A stretch of DNA of 64,000 nt from Rubripirellula sp. Its GTDB lineage: Bacteria > Planctomycetota > Planctomycetia > Pirellulales > Pirellulaceae. The stretch lies in NCBI GenBank assembly GCA_965216875.1, contig OZ244207.1, positions 2,944,001-3,008,000 of the forward strand, read 5' to 3'. The notes beneath the pieces were generated by a model. It made no database searches. It worked only from the letters and a program-made list of their open reading frames with translations, and was not told where the DNA came from. Shown here piece by piece: positions 50,606-61,046 of the stretch. Position numbers and translations under genes: made by a program. How positions within the stretch are numbered: the first letter of the stretch is position 1; every line of letters starts with the position of its first letter.

Positions 50606-52177
50606 ATGACAGACAATCCCGTGCCAAACGATGGAGACGGAACCGATCCACGCGTCGCTCGTCGCGAGAAGTTGAGCAAGCTCGTCGAAAAAGGGATCGA
50701 TCCGTTTGGCAGTCGCTTTGATGACCGCACGCTGGCCGGTCAGTGCCGCGAGATGAAGGATCAAATCCAATTCTTTAAGCAGGATGGAACCGAAGTCCCG
50801 TTGCCCGATTTCGAGGATCCCGATCTCGATTACCGAATGTGGAAATCCGAGAATGGTCCAGGTGAAGAAAAGGGACCAACCGTTCGCGTTGCAGGACGGA
50901 TCAAGTTTTCACGCGACAAGGGCAAGCTGATCTTCCTTACCCTGCGTGACTGGACGGGCGAAGTCCAAATCTTCATCGGCAAGAAGCAGGTTGGCGACGA
51001 AGATTTTGAGATGGCCAAACTCTTCGACCTCGGCGACTTGGTCGGTGCCGAAGGTCGCTTGGGACGAACCAACACGGGCGAATTGACCGTCTTTGCCGAA
51101 CGCCTGTTCTTCCACACCAAGATGCTCGAGCCACCGCCGGACAAGCACGCTGGCCTAGCAGACCCTGAACTGCGGCAACGCATGCGGTATGCCGACCTGG
51201 CATTCAACGATGGCGTGATGGAGACGTTTCTCAATCGCACCAAGATCGTCAAGTCGGTCCGCCAAACGCTCGATCAAGACGGGTTTTGCGAAGTGGAAGG
51301 CCCTACGCTGCACACCGTTGCCGGCGGTGCCGCAGCACGCCCGTTTGAAACGCACCACAACGCGCTCGACATGCCACTGACGATGCGCATCGCGCTCGAG
51401 TTGCATCTCAAACGATTGATGGTTGGCGGAATCGAGCGTGTCTACGAATTGGGACGCGTCTATCGAAATGAAGGGATTAGCCCCAAGCACAACCCCGAAT
51501 TCACGATGCTCGAAGTCTATCAAGCCTACGGCGACTACGGCTCGATGATGGATTTGACCGAGCAGTTGATCTGCAACGCGATCGATGCGATCGGCGGTGG
51601 CTACAAACGCGAGTACGACGGAAACATCATCGACTTCACGCCACCTTTCAAGCGCGCGACGTATGCCGAACTGTTTCAACAAGCGACGCAAATCGATCCT
51701 GCCGACGACGAAGCCGTTGTTCAGTATGCGGCCAAACTCGGACTCGACACCGAAGGCAAGCACCCCGACGTCGTCCGCAACGAGATCTTCGAAGAAAAGG
51801 TCGAAGACACGCTCGAAGGTCCGATCTTTGTGATCGATTACCCCGCCAGCATCTGTCCGCTGACCAAACGAAAGCGAGACAATCCGGCGATTGCCGAGCG
51901 GTTCGAACTGTTCATCCTGGGCATGGAACTCGCCAACGCCTACACCGAATTGAACGACCCCGACCTCCAAGAAGAGCTCTTCAAGACTCAGCTCGAAGGT
52001 CAGGACGAGGAAGACTCGATGGCAAAGATGGACCACGACTTTGTGCGTGCGTTGCGTTACGCAATGCCGCCGGCGGGAGGACTGGGCGTCGGTATCGATC
52101 GTCTGGTCATGTTGCTGACAGGCCAAAAGTCGATCCGCGAAGTGATCCTCTTCCCGCTGCTACGCAACGAAAGCTAG
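50606..52177 (+). CDS. lysS: Lysyl-tRNA synthetase class II
   Basis: GGAAARPFETHHNAL, RIALELHLKRLMVGG, YRNEG..HNPEFTMLE, GLGVGIDRLVM. Confidence 0.98.
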   Translation: MTDNPVPNDGDGTDPRVARREKLSKLVEKGIDPFGSRFDDRTLAGQCREMKDQIQFFKQDGTEVPLPDFEDPDLDYRMWKSENGPGEEKGPTVRVAGRIKFSRDKGKLIFLTLRDWTGEVQIFIGKKQVGDEDFEMAKLFDLGDLVGAEGRLGRTNTGELTVFAERLFFHTKMLEPPPDKHAGLADPELRQRMRYADLAFNDGVMETFLNRTKIVKSVRQTLDQDGFCEVEGPTLHTVAGGAAARPFETHHNALDMPLTMRIALELHLKRLMVGGIERVYELGRVYRNEGISPKHNPEFTMLEVYQAYGDYGSMMDLTEQLICNAIDAIGGGYKREYDGNIIDFTPPFKRATYAELFQQATQIDPADDEAVVQYAAKLGLDTEGKHPDVVRNEIFEEKVEDTLEGPIFVIDYPASICPLTKRKRDNPAIAERFELFILGMELANAYTELNDPDLQEELFKTQLEGQDEEDSMAKMDHDFVRALRYAMPPAGGLGVGIDRLVMLLTGQKSIREVILFPLLRNES

Positions 52178-52188
52178 CAAAGCCCCCT

Positions 52189-52405
52189 GTGAGCCGACGG
52201 CGCTAGCCGCGGGCCCTTCTGTGTTTGACTAGGTACCGTGCGCTCCAACAACACCCTCCCGCTTGCGGGAGGGTCGGACGCAAAGTCCGGGGAGGGCATG
52301 ATCGTTACAGAACAAACCCTCTCCGGGCCTTAGAACCCGACTCTCCCAAGGGAGAGTGTTAATTCCAAGCCCGAAGATTCCGGCGAAAGCTCGGTACTAC
52401 AAACG
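52189..52405. repeat. Mosaic of REP-like elements between lysS and lolC/E
   Basis: GTGAGCC unit, CACCCTCCCGC unit, ACTCTCCC-aa-GGGAGAGT hairpin, GTAGTACC unit. Confidence 0.8.
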
Positions 52406-52514
52406 AGCCGCCAGTTTGCCGTTTACCTCTGCCGGCACTCTTCCCTAGACTCCAACGCGAAACAGACTTTGACCGTCACGGATGACGGCTCATACGACTG
52501 CCGAAGGAGCGGCT

Positions 52515-54086
52515 ATGTATCGTTGGTTGCTGTGTTTTAGATATTTGCGCACGCGGTACATCGCGCTCGCGTCCATCATCAGCGTCACGCTGGGCGTTGC
52601 GACATTGATCGTCGTCAACAGTGTGATGGCCGGTTTCTCAGCCGAGATGCACGACCGGCTGCACGGACTCGCTTCGGACATCTTGATTGAATGTCACGCC
52701 AGTGGTGGGATGCCTCAACCCGAAGCCCACCTGGCTGAAATCAAACGCATTTGCGGCGACGACATCGAGGGCGCTTCGGTCAGTGTCCATGTGCCGGCGA
52801 TGTTGTTGATCGAATTCAATGGACACACCATTCGCCGACACGTGAACCTTGTCGGGATCGACGCCGAAACTTATGACTCGGTGAGCCATTTTGGACGCTA
52901 CCTTCTGCATCCGGAAAACCAAAACCGCGTCGTCTTTGATTTGCACGAAACCGGTTACGCACCCGACCGTGAGGGTTTTCCCGAATCGGGCTGGGGATAC
53001 CGCCGCGCTCGCGACGCCTACAACAAAGCGCTCGAAGCCGAGCGAGCTCGCATCGAAGCCTTGACCCGAAAGGTGACCGAACCGGCCGAAGAATCGACTG
53101 CGTCGGCTGGACCTTCGTTCGGCGGTCCCGGATTCCCAAGCACCGCTCCGCCGGAATTGCTTGAAGAGGGCGAGGACCTGAGCGACCTCGAATACGACCC
53201 ATCGACCGAGCAATCGCCAGGGATCATTCTCGGAATCGCGACCTGCGGGACGAAGACGCGTGGGGCCGACAACGAAGTCCGCGACGAATTCTGGTGCCGC
53301 CCCGGCGATGACGTTCGCGTGATCTTTCCAAACGCATCGGAAAAGAACCCAGACGCCATCAACCAACAGTTTACGGTGGTTGACCTGTATGAATCGGGCA
53401 TGAGCGAATACGACAACACGTTTGCTTTCGTGCGTTTGGATGAACTTCAAGACTTTCGCGGCATGATCGACCCGCTGACCGGCGATCGCCGTATCACAAC
53501 GATTCAATTGAAATTGGCGGCAACTGCGAACCTGAACGAAGTCCGCGACAAGTTGCGTGAACGCTTTCCCGCCCACACCTACCCCTACAACATCCAAACC
53601 TGGCGTGACATGCAAGGCCCGCTGTTGGCCGCTGTGCAACTCGAAACAACGATCTTGAACATCCTGTTGTTCCTGATCATTGCCGTCGCAGGATTCGGAA
53701 TCTTGGCAACGTTCTTCATGATCGTTGTCGAAAAGACTCGCGACATCGGCACGCTCAAAGCGCTCGGCGCATCGGGTGGTGGTGTGATGAGCATCTTCCT
53801 GAGCTACGGCCTGCTACTTGGGGTCGTTGGCAGTGGCGCCGGCTTGGTCGGTGGGCTGGTCTTTGTTGACAACATCAACGGCATCGCATCGGTGATCGAA
53901 AGGATCACGGGGCAAGAGGTCTTTGACCCGACCGTTTACTACTTCAGCGAAATACCGACGATCATCAATCCGCTTACGCTTGCTTGGGTGATGGCCGGCG
54001 CCGTCGCGATCGCCGCAATGGCGAGCGTCTTGCCAGCCATGCGTGCGGCCCGCATGCATCCGGTGACAGCGTTGCGATTCGAGTAG
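52515..54086 (+). CDS. Lipoprotein-releasing ABC permease LolC/E family
   Basis: LGVATLIVVNSVMAGF, VVEKTRDIGTLKALGA, PAMRAARMHPVTALRFE; AAGGAG RBS. Confidence 0.9.
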   Translation: MYRWLLCFRYLRTRYIALASIISVTLGVATLIVVNSVMAGFSAEMHDRLHGLASDILIECHASGGMPQPEAHLAEIKRICGDDIEGASVSVHVPAMLLIEFNGHTIRRHVNLVGIDAETYDSVSHFGRYLLHPENQNRVVFDLHETGYAPDREGFPESGWGYRRARDAYNKALEAERARIEALTRKVTEPAEESTASAGPSFGGPGFPSTAPPELLEEGEDLSDLEYDPSTEQSPGIILGIATCGTKTRGADNEVRDEFWCRPGDDVRVIFPNASEKNPDAINQQFTVVDLYESGMSEYDNTFAFVRLDELQDFRGMIDPLTGDRRITTIQLKLAATANLNEVRDKLRERFPAHTYPYNIQTWRDMQGPLLAAVQLETTILNILLFLIIAVAGFGILATFFMIVVEKTRDIGTLKALGASGGGVMSIFLSYGLLLGVVGSGAGLVGGLVFVDNINGIASVIERITGQEVFDPTVYYFSEIPTIINPLTLAWVMAGAVAIAAMASVLPAMRAARMHPVTALRFE

Positions 54087-54151
54087 TCGCTAGAGTTTCA
54101 TTCACACCTGACACATCACAACCCACCAACCGCCAACGCGGAGAAGTCCTG

Positions 54152-54874
54152 ATGAGCGAAACGCCTTTGCTAAGCGCCCGCGGCATCTTCAAGAGCTACC
54201 ACAAGGACAAGATTGAAGTACCTGTCCTGCGCGGTGTCGACGTCGATATCACGCCTGGCGTGGTGACGGCATTGGTTGGACGCAGTGGCTCGGGCAAGAG
54301 CACACTGATGCACTTGATGGCGACGCTTGATCGTCCTGATCAGGGCGAGATCTACTACCAAGGCAAACGGATCGACAACGCCAGTCGCGCCCAGCGCGAT
54401 GCGTTCCGCAACCAAGACATCGGCATCATTTTTCAGTTCTATCACCTGCTTCCAGAACTATCCGCCATCGAGAACGTGCTGGCGCCGACGATGATCGGCG
54501 CCAGCTTCCTGAGCTATTTCCGTACGCGCAAGGAAAAGCGTCTGCGTGCCGAAGCGATGCTCGATCGGGTTGGCCTGCTGCACCGAGCAACCCACAAGCC
54601 GTCCGAAATGAGCGGCGGTGAAATGCAACGTGCCGCCATCGCCCGCGCCTTGATGACCGACCCAACCCTGCTGCTGGCCGACGAACCGACTGGCAACCTC
54701 GACACCGAAACGGGCCGCGACATCTTGAAGCTGCTCAACGAACTCAACGGCGATGACGGGCTGACGATCGTGATGATCACCCATGACGATGCAATCGCCG
54801 AAGATGCAGATATCTGCTACCGCATGCAAGATGGCATGCTGCAAACGGAAGCTCCCGTTCTGCAAGCTGCTTGA
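54152..54874 (+). CDS. lolD: ABC ATPase LolD
   Basis: GRSGSGKST, FQFYHLLPE, MSGGEMQR, LLADEPTGNLD; follows lolC/E. Confidence 0.85.
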   Translation: MSETPLLSARGIFKSYHKDKIEVPVLRGVDVDITPGVVTALVGRSGSGKSTLMHLMATLDRPDQGEIYYQGKRIDNASRAQRDAFRNQDIGIIFQFYHLLPELSAIENVLAPTMIGASFLSYFRTRKEKRLRAEAMLDRVGLLHRATHKPSEMSGGEMQRAAIARALMTDPTLLLADEPTGNLDTETGRDILKLLNELNGDDGLTIVMITHDDAIAEDADICYRMQDGMLQTEAPVLQAA

Positions 54875-54927
54875 GCGATCGGCCAAATCGCGATAGGCTG
54901 CTCGGAGCTAGTTGTGGTTGTTCCTAT

Positions 54928-54956
54928 GTCGCCTTTCGCTCCGCGAAAGTAGCGTC
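54928..54956. repeat. REP-like unit, GTCGCCTTTCGCTCCGCGAAAG family
   Basis: Doublets of the same family at 59089-59150 and 62951-63012. Confidence 0.85.
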
Positions 54957-55191
54957 AGCCAACGCAGCGTATTCACTCAAGTGGGTTGTGACTCACGTAA
55001 GCAGGAGGAGCATGAATCCTGCAGGCGTGGGGCAAAGGCCCGAGGCCTCACGGCCAGCGGCTCACGAGCAATGCCCTGAGTTGGGCAAGTAGTTGTGCTG
55101 TTGAAACCGTACTTATTGTTTGTTGCGGCTAGCGCCATGCCGCTCATCGGGCGGCGTACCCGTTGCCCTATTCCGCCAACAGAGAGTTGTC

Positions 55192-56742
55192 GTGGACGTC
55201 GTCGTTCTCCACTGCCATTTCGAACGTGGCGGTGTGACTCAAGTCGTCGAGAACCATGTCCGCGCCCTGGCCGAAACGTCTTCGGGCGACGACCGAGTTT
55301 TCCTCTTTAGCAGCTCTCGACGCGGCGGTCTGTCGCCACAAACTGAGTCGAGCACGACGGCGCTGACGCTTGACCCGTTTGACTACGACACCAAGTCGTT
55401 CTCCTGTCAGAAAAATGCTGAGCGGGCCAAGAGGCTTGCCGACGAGATTCAGCGGCAACTCACCGCCGCGGGCATCCAGCGCACCAATGCCATTCTTCAC
55501 TGGCACAATCACTCTCTCGGCAAGAACACCGCTGCACCCGCCGTCGCCGCCGAACTTGCCCAGCGAGGATGGCGACTGCTACTGCAAGTCCACGACTTCG
55601 CCGAAGACAATCGGCCGTCAAACTACGCTGGCCTGATTCGATCCATCGGCGCGACTTCGCCGTCCGAGCTTGACGCCTCTCTCTATCCCGTAGCCAATCA
55701 GATTCACTACGCCACACTCACCGGTGGCGATGCGAATGTCTTAGAGCGACTCGGAGTTCCCAGCGACCAAGTCCATAGCCTCCCCAACTGCGTTTCTTTG
55801 ACTGGAACGCAGTCGAATGACCAAGAGGCGGCGTTGGACAAAGTCCGTCGGCTGTTCAACCTTCCCGACAACGCGCGGTGGTACCTGTATCCGGTGCGCG
55901 GCATTCGTCGCAAGAACGTCGGCGAGTTCTTATTGTTGACGCGATGGCTCCCCGAGCACGCCTATGGTGCGCTCACCCTACGACCGACAACGGATGTCGA
56001 AGCGCGGTCGTACGAGCGGTGGCAATCACTGGCAAAGAGCGTTGTTCCCAACCTCATTTTTGATGCCGGTTCGAATCCAGATCTTTCGTTCATGGAAAAC
56101 CTAACCGCCGCCGATGCGATCCTCTCAACGAGCGTTGCCGAAGGCTTTGGGATGGCGTTCCTGGAGCCATGGCTCGCCGGTAGACCAGTGGTCGCACGGG
56201 AACTGGCGGGCGTTACGGACGACTTCCGTTCCGCGGGCGTCACCATGGATTCGCTTTACGAGGCGATCCCCGTTCCTGGTGATTCGTCATGGCTTGAATC
56301 CTGCCGCGCCGAGTATCGCCACGCCCGCGATCAAGCTTGGGATGTGATCCCCCGAGGCTTCCACCCGAATTCCAGCGACGACTCGCTAGGCGACTCCACG
56401 CTCATCGACTTTGCTGCGCTCACGCCTGCTCGCCAACAGGAGGTGCTTGAGCGCGTTGCGACCGATGATGGATTCAACAATGAAATGCGATCGCATTCAG
56501 AGACGCTGATCAACAACCTGCACAATCCGCCGACGTGCGAAACGATCGCAAAAAATGCGAGTGTGATCGGTGATGTCTACAGCACAAACCTGCAGGGACA
56601 ACAGTTGCGAGGAATCTATCAACAATTGCTCGAAGCATCGTGCGACTCCAACATCGAGGCTCCGCAAAACGCTGGCATGGCCGTCAACCTGGTCTCGGAA
56701 ATGAAGCCGTTTTACCCCTGCCGAACCGAAACGCTCACGTGA
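55192..56742 (+). CDS. GT-B (GT4-like) glycosyltransferase of compatible-solute cluster
   Basis: GGVTQVV, PVRGIRRKNVGE, TSVAEGFGMAFLEPW; GTG start inferred. Confidence 0.8.
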   Translation: MDVVVLHCHFERGGVTQVVENHVRALAETSSGDDRVFLFSSSRRGGLSPQTESSTTALTLDPFDYDTKSFSCQKNAERAKRLADEIQRQLTAAGIQRTNAILHWHNHSLGKNTAAPAVAAELAQRGWRLLLQVHDFAEDNRPSNYAGLIRSIGATSPSELDASLYPVANQIHYATLTGGDANVLERLGVPSDQVHSLPNCVSLTGTQSNDQEAALDKVRRLFNLPDNARWYLYPVRGIRRKNVGEFLLLTRWLPEHAYGALTLRPTTDVEARSYERWQSLAKSVVPNLIFDAGSNPDLSFMENLTAADAILSTSVAEGFGMAFLEPWLAGRPVVARELAGVTDDFRSAGVTMDSLYEAIPVPGDSSWLESCRAEYRHARDQAWDVIPRGFHPNSSDDSLGDSTLIDFAALTPARQQEVLERVATDDGFNNEMRSHSETLINNLHNPPTCETIAKNASVIGDVYSTNLQGQQLRGIYQQLLEASCDSNIEAPQNAGMAVNLVSEMKPFYPCRTETLT

Positions 56743-57641
56743 TGAATAGCGACCAATCAAACGCTCCCCAAAACGACAACTGGCTCGACGCTGTCCTTCG
56801 GTTGCGATCTCCCCTCGAGCCGATTGCGACCAAGATTGAACCCAAACTCGGTTTCATCCCAAACATCCGCGCCGTGATCTTTGACATCTACGGAACGCTT
56901 ATCGTCTCAGGGACAGGCGATGTCGGCTCGGCTGATGCGACCGATCGTGGAACGCACCTGGCCGAAGCCTTTGAAGCAGCGCAGATTCAACCTGCCACCC
57001 CACCGTCGATCGATGTCCTTCACGACCAGATTCGCGACTCAAACGACGCCCGCAAAAGCGAAGCCTGCCCCAAACCCGAAGTCGACATCGCTGACATATG
57101 GCGCAAAAGCCTCCGTCAATGGAGTCCCGACCAGCCCGCGCCGACGACCGAGTCGGTAATTCGGCTTGCCGCAGAATATGAGGCTCGCTCGAATCCAACT
57201 TGGCCGATGCCGGGTGCCAATGATCTGATCAACACACTCAATCAACACGATCTTCAATGCGGAATCGTCAGTAACGCCCAAATCTTTACCGTCCGGCTGC
57301 TTGAAGACCTGGTTGGCGGCCCCTTGGACACCGCTTTCCATTCGGACCTGTGCATTTTTTCCAACCGCTACCGTCAGGCGAAACCTGGCCCACGTCTTTT
57401 CGATGCCCTGGTGCACGGGCTCAAGCGAAGTAAGATCGAACCCGAGAAGTCGATTTACGTCGGAAACGACATGCTAAACGACGTCTGGGCCGCATCGGTG
57501 GCCGGACTGAAAACCGCTTGGTTTGCCGGAGACCAACGGAGCTGTCGCCCTCGATCTGACGATGATCGCTGCAAAAACCTCGAGCCTGATTTGGTCCTGA
57601 CTGACCTGATGCAGTTGCTCGAATGCTTGGAAATCAAGTAA
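56742..57641 (+). CDS. HAD-family phosphatase (MggB-like by context)
   Basis: FDIYGTL, IVSNA, KP, YVGNDMLND. Confidence 0.85.
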   Translation: MNSDQSNAPQNDNWLDAVLRLRSPLEPIATKIEPKLGFIPNIRAVIFDIYGTLIVSGTGDVGSADATDRGTHLAEAFEAAQIQPATPPSIDVLHDQIRDSNDARKSEACPKPEVDIADIWRKSLRQWSPDQPAPTTESVIRLAAEYEARSNPTWPMPGANDLINTLNQHDLQCGIVSNAQIFTVRLLEDLVGGPLDTAFHSDLCIFSNRYRQAKPGPRLFDALVHGLKRSKIEPEKSIYVGNDMLNDVWAASVAGLKTAWFAGDQRSCRPRSDDDRCKNLEPDLVLTDLMQLLECLEIK

Positions 57642-57761
57642 AAGCTCGTTGCGTCAGCCCTGTTTCGCTGACGCAGCAAACGCTGATATGGAAGATCAGC
57701 GAATCGGTAGGCGGGGCCAAACTGATATCAGAACCCTGATCACCTAAGCATTGAAGACACC

Positions 57762-59027
57762 ATGGGCGTACAGATTGGGTTTGTTGGAACACGTTTTTCC
57801 GGGACCGACGGCGTTTCACTCGAGAGTGCAAAATGGGCCCAAGTTCTTTGGGATCACCGACACGTCAGCCATTGGTATTCAGGGCTGAGCGATCGCGATG
57901 ACGACACATCGATGGTGGTGCCGCACGCCTATTTTGGTCATCCCGACATCGAGTGGATCAACCGCCGCGCGTTTGGAACGCTGACCCGCGTCCCCGATGT
58001 CACACAGCGCATCTATGCGCTCGCCGACTACCTGAAGGGAACACTCTACGAATTCACGCGTCGGTTCGACCTGGACTTGCTGATCGTGCAGAACGCGCTT
58101 TGCATTCCAATGAACATTCCGCTGGGCGTTGCGCTGACGCACTTCATCGCCGAAACGGGCTTTCCGACGATTGCGCACCACCACGACTTCTATTGGGAAC
58201 GTGATCGGTTTAGCGTTTCCGCAGTGACCGACCTGTTGTGGATGGCCTTTCCGCCAGCGCTACCGCAGATCCAAAACGTCACAATCAACTCCTTCGCCCA
58301 AGAAGACCTGGCCCACAGGCGCGGGGTCTCGTCGATCCTTGTGCCCAACGTGCTCGACTTCGAAAACGAACCTCCCGAGGCGGACGAATACGCGCAAGGA
58401 TTTCGTGCTGACATCGGCCTGGAAGACGACGACATCATGTTCCTTCAACCCACGCGCGTCGTTCCGCGCAAAGGGATCGAACATTCGATCGCGTTGGTCG
58501 CTGCGCTCAAAAACCCCAAGTGCAAACTTGTGATCTCGCATGCAAGTGGTGACGAGGGCAACGAATACCTCGGGGCACTTCAAGAACTTGCCGAATCGAG
58601 CGGCGTCGAAATGCTGCTCTGTGACCGACACGTCGGGGACAAGCGGTTTGTGACTGAGGACGGCTACAAGGTTTACACCCTCGCCGACGCCTATTCACAA
58701 GCGGACTTCATCACCTACCCCAGTATCTACGAAGGCTTTGGCAATGCGCTGCTCGAGGCGTTCTATTACCGGAAGCCCGTCTTGGTGAATCGGTACTCGA
58801 TCTACATCGCTGATATCGAACCAAAAGGGGCAAAAGTAATTGCTATGGACGGTTATCTCACCCGTGACGTGGTCGCAAAGGTAGAACGCATCATCCAAGA
58901 CGACGAATACCGCGACGAGATGGTCGACTTTAACTACGAAATCGGTAAAGCTTTCTTCAGCTACAGCGTGCTTCGCCGAAAGCTGCGAGCGTTGGTGACC
59001 AACTTCACCGGCCAAGAACACCTGTGA
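57762..59027 (+). CDS. GT4 glycosyltransferase, (mannosyl)glucosylglycerate-pathway type
   Basis: [44 protein letters not shown]. Confidence 0.85.
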   Translation: MGVQIGFVGTRFSGTDGVSLESAKWAQVLWDHRHVSHWYSGLSDRDDDTSMVVPHAYFGHPDIEWINRRAFGTLTRVPDVTQRIYALADYLKGTLYEFTRRFDLDLLIVQNALCIPMNIPLGVALTHFIAETGFPTIAHHHDFYWERDRFSVSAVTDLLWMAFPPALPQIQNVTINSFAQEDLAHRRGVSSILVPNVLDFENEPPEADEYAQGFRADIGLEDDDIMFLQPTRVVPRKGIEHSIALVAALKNPKCKLVISHASGDEGNEYLGALQELAESSGVEMLLCDRHVGDKRFVTEDGYKVYTLADAYSQADFITYPSIYEGFGNALLEAFYYRKPVLVNRYSIYIADIEPKGAKVIAMDGYLTRDVVAKVERIIQDDEYRDEMVDFNYEIGKAFFSYSVLRRKLRALVTNFTGQEHL

Positions 59028-59215
59028 TCGAAAGCCTTTCGCAGGTCCTACTGGCTGACGCTCTCGCCTAGGCTGTGAATGATTCAAAGTCACGTTTTGC
59101 TCCGCAAGACCAGCGTCCACAAACGCAACTTTCGCGGAGCGAAAGGCGACTTTGAAGAAGCGACCGAATCCATTCACAGCCGCGCCGCGAAGCCTTACCT
59201 GACCTTGCGGGAGCG

Positions 59216-60910
59216 ATGATGTCACTCGACAGTGTTACGACAGGGCTGCTAACGGAAATCTACGGCGACGTTCCGAGCGAATTGTCCGCCGGCCTTCTTG
59301 CACTTTACGACTCCGCTGGCGACGCTTCGCCACCGGAGGAACTCTGGGACGAAAACGACGTTGTCCTGATCACCTACGCCGACCAGATCCGCGATCCCGG
59401 ATCGACACCACTGGTCGCCCTCAAGAACTTTTTGCTCGATCACCACCTTGCCGAGCAACTCTCGTGCGTGCATCTGCTTCCCTTTTGCCCTTACACCAGT
59501 GACGATGGATTCTCGGTCGTCGATTACCTTGCCGTCGATCCCGATTCGGGGTCCTGGGAAGACATCGCGTCGCTGGGTCAATCATTCGACATGATGTTTG
59601 ACCTGGTCTTGAACCATGCTTCCCAAAAGCACGCTTGGTTCCAAGGCTATTTGCAGGGTGACGAAGCCTACGACAACTTCTTCATCGACCAAGATCCCTC
59701 CGTTGATCTTTCGCAGGTCGTCAGGCCACGATCGCTTCCTCTCTTGACACCTTTTGAATCGGCAAACGGCACGAAGAACGTTTGGACCACCTTTAGCGCC
59801 GACCAAGTCGATTTGAATTACGCCAACCCACGAGTGATGTTGGCCATGATTGAAACCCTCGTCGAATACGCGCGCCGCGGCGCTCGAATCATTCGACTTG
59901 ATGCGATTGCCTTTCTCTGGAAAGTCCCCGGCACAAGCTGCATCCATCTACCAGAAACGCATGCCGCCGTTCGGCTGATGCGTCATGTCCTCGACCGCGT
60001 CGTCCCTGGCACTTTGGTGCTTACCGAAACCAATGTGCCGCACGCCGAGAACATCTCGTACTTTGGCAGCGGAACGGACGAAGCGCACATGGTTTACCAA
60101 TTCAGTCTTCCACCGCTGCTGCTTGATGCGATCCACAGCGGCCAGACCGCGGTCCTTCGCGATTGGCTCGGTAGCCTCAATCCACCCTCATCGCTGACCA
60201 CCTTCTTCAACTTCACCGCATCGCACGATGGCGTGGGTGTTCGTCCGCTCGAAAACATCGTGCCCAACGAGCGAGTGCTTCAATTGGCCGACAAGGTCCG
60301 CAGTCAAGGCGGTCGCGTGAACACGCGCCGAAACCCAGACGGCAGCGACAGCCCCTATGAATTGAACATCACTTACGTGGACGCCGTCGCCGACCGCTCC
60401 AAGGTCGATCCACCCGACCACGCACGCCGATTCCTCGCCACTCAAGCCATCATGCTTGCCATGCAAGGCGTGCCGGCTGTCTACTTTCACAGCTTGGTTG
60501 GTTCCCCCAACGATATCGAAGGCATGGAACAATCGGGGCAAAACCGACGAATCAATCGACACAAGTACGACCGTGACGAACTGGAGGCGGCGCTCGCAGA
60601 CCCGCACTCACTTCAGCGACGTATCTTTGACGGCTATCGGCGACTACTGACCGAGCGTCGCAAGCACAAAGCGTTCCATCCGGCAGCTTCCCAATCAGTC
60701 CTCGACCTACCAGGTGACGGGCTGGTCGGCTTCACAAGAACGGCTGCCGATGGATCCAAGGTGACGCTTCTTGCCAACCTTTCTGATCAACCCAAGTCGA
60801 TCGATCGACAATCCATCGATGTCGAACTGAAACACGATTGCCTAGCCGACGAAGCCATCGAAGGCGATAAGATCGACCTGCGTCCCTACCAAGTCCGCTG
60901 GATTGTGTGA
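59216..60910 (+). CDS. GH13_18 sugar phosphorylase, probably glucosylglycerate phosphorylase
   Basis: SDDGFSV, WTTFSADQVDLN, RLDAIAF, TETN, SHDGVG, PYELNITY. Confidence 0.85.
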   Translation: MMSLDSVTTGLLTEIYGDVPSELSAGLLALYDSAGDASPPEELWDENDVVLITYADQIRDPGSTPLVALKNFLLDHHLAEQLSCVHLLPFCPYTSDDGFSVVDYLAVDPDSGSWEDIASLGQSFDMMFDLVLNHASQKHAWFQGYLQGDEAYDNFFIDQDPSVDLSQVVRPRSLPLLTPFESANGTKNVWTTFSADQVDLNYANPRVMLAMIETLVEYARRGARIIRLDAIAFLWKVPGTSCIHLPETHAAVRLMRHVLDRVVPGTLVLTETNVPHAENISYFGSGTDEAHMVYQFSLPPLLLDAIHSGQTAVLRDWLGSLNPPSSLTTFFNFTASHDGVGVRPLENIVPNERVLQLADKVRSQGGRVNTRRNPDGSDSPYELNITYVDAVADRSKVDPPDHARRFLATQAIMLAMQGVPAVYFHSLVGSPNDIEGMEQSGQNRRINRHKYDRDELEAALADPHSLQRRIFDGYRRLLTERRKHKAFHPAASQSVLDLPGDGLVGFTRTAADGSKVTLLANLSDQPKSIDRQSIDVELKHDCLADEAIEGDKIDLRPYQVRWIV

Positions 60911-61037
60911 GCCGTACGCGCTAGCGTCGGGCCTTCCGTAGCTACGCTCGCCAGAGCGTGGGGCAGTGTAGAGCGACTGACCAGCACAACCACCTTCTGG
61001 CGAAGGTAGCTACGGTATCACTGTGATCCGAACGCGC
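60907..61037. repeat. Composite REP unit A (116 bp) plus start of the next unit
   Basis: GTGAGCC REP followed by an inverted GTAGCTAC pair; then GTGATCCGAACGCGC at 61023. Confidence 0.85.
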
Positions 61038-61046
61038 CCTAGTCCA

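Noticed and set aside
51155..53639. Long antisense ORFs over lysS and lolC/E (also over ahcY and the RND genes)
   Set aside because: Typical antisense shadows of GC-rich, codon-biased genes.
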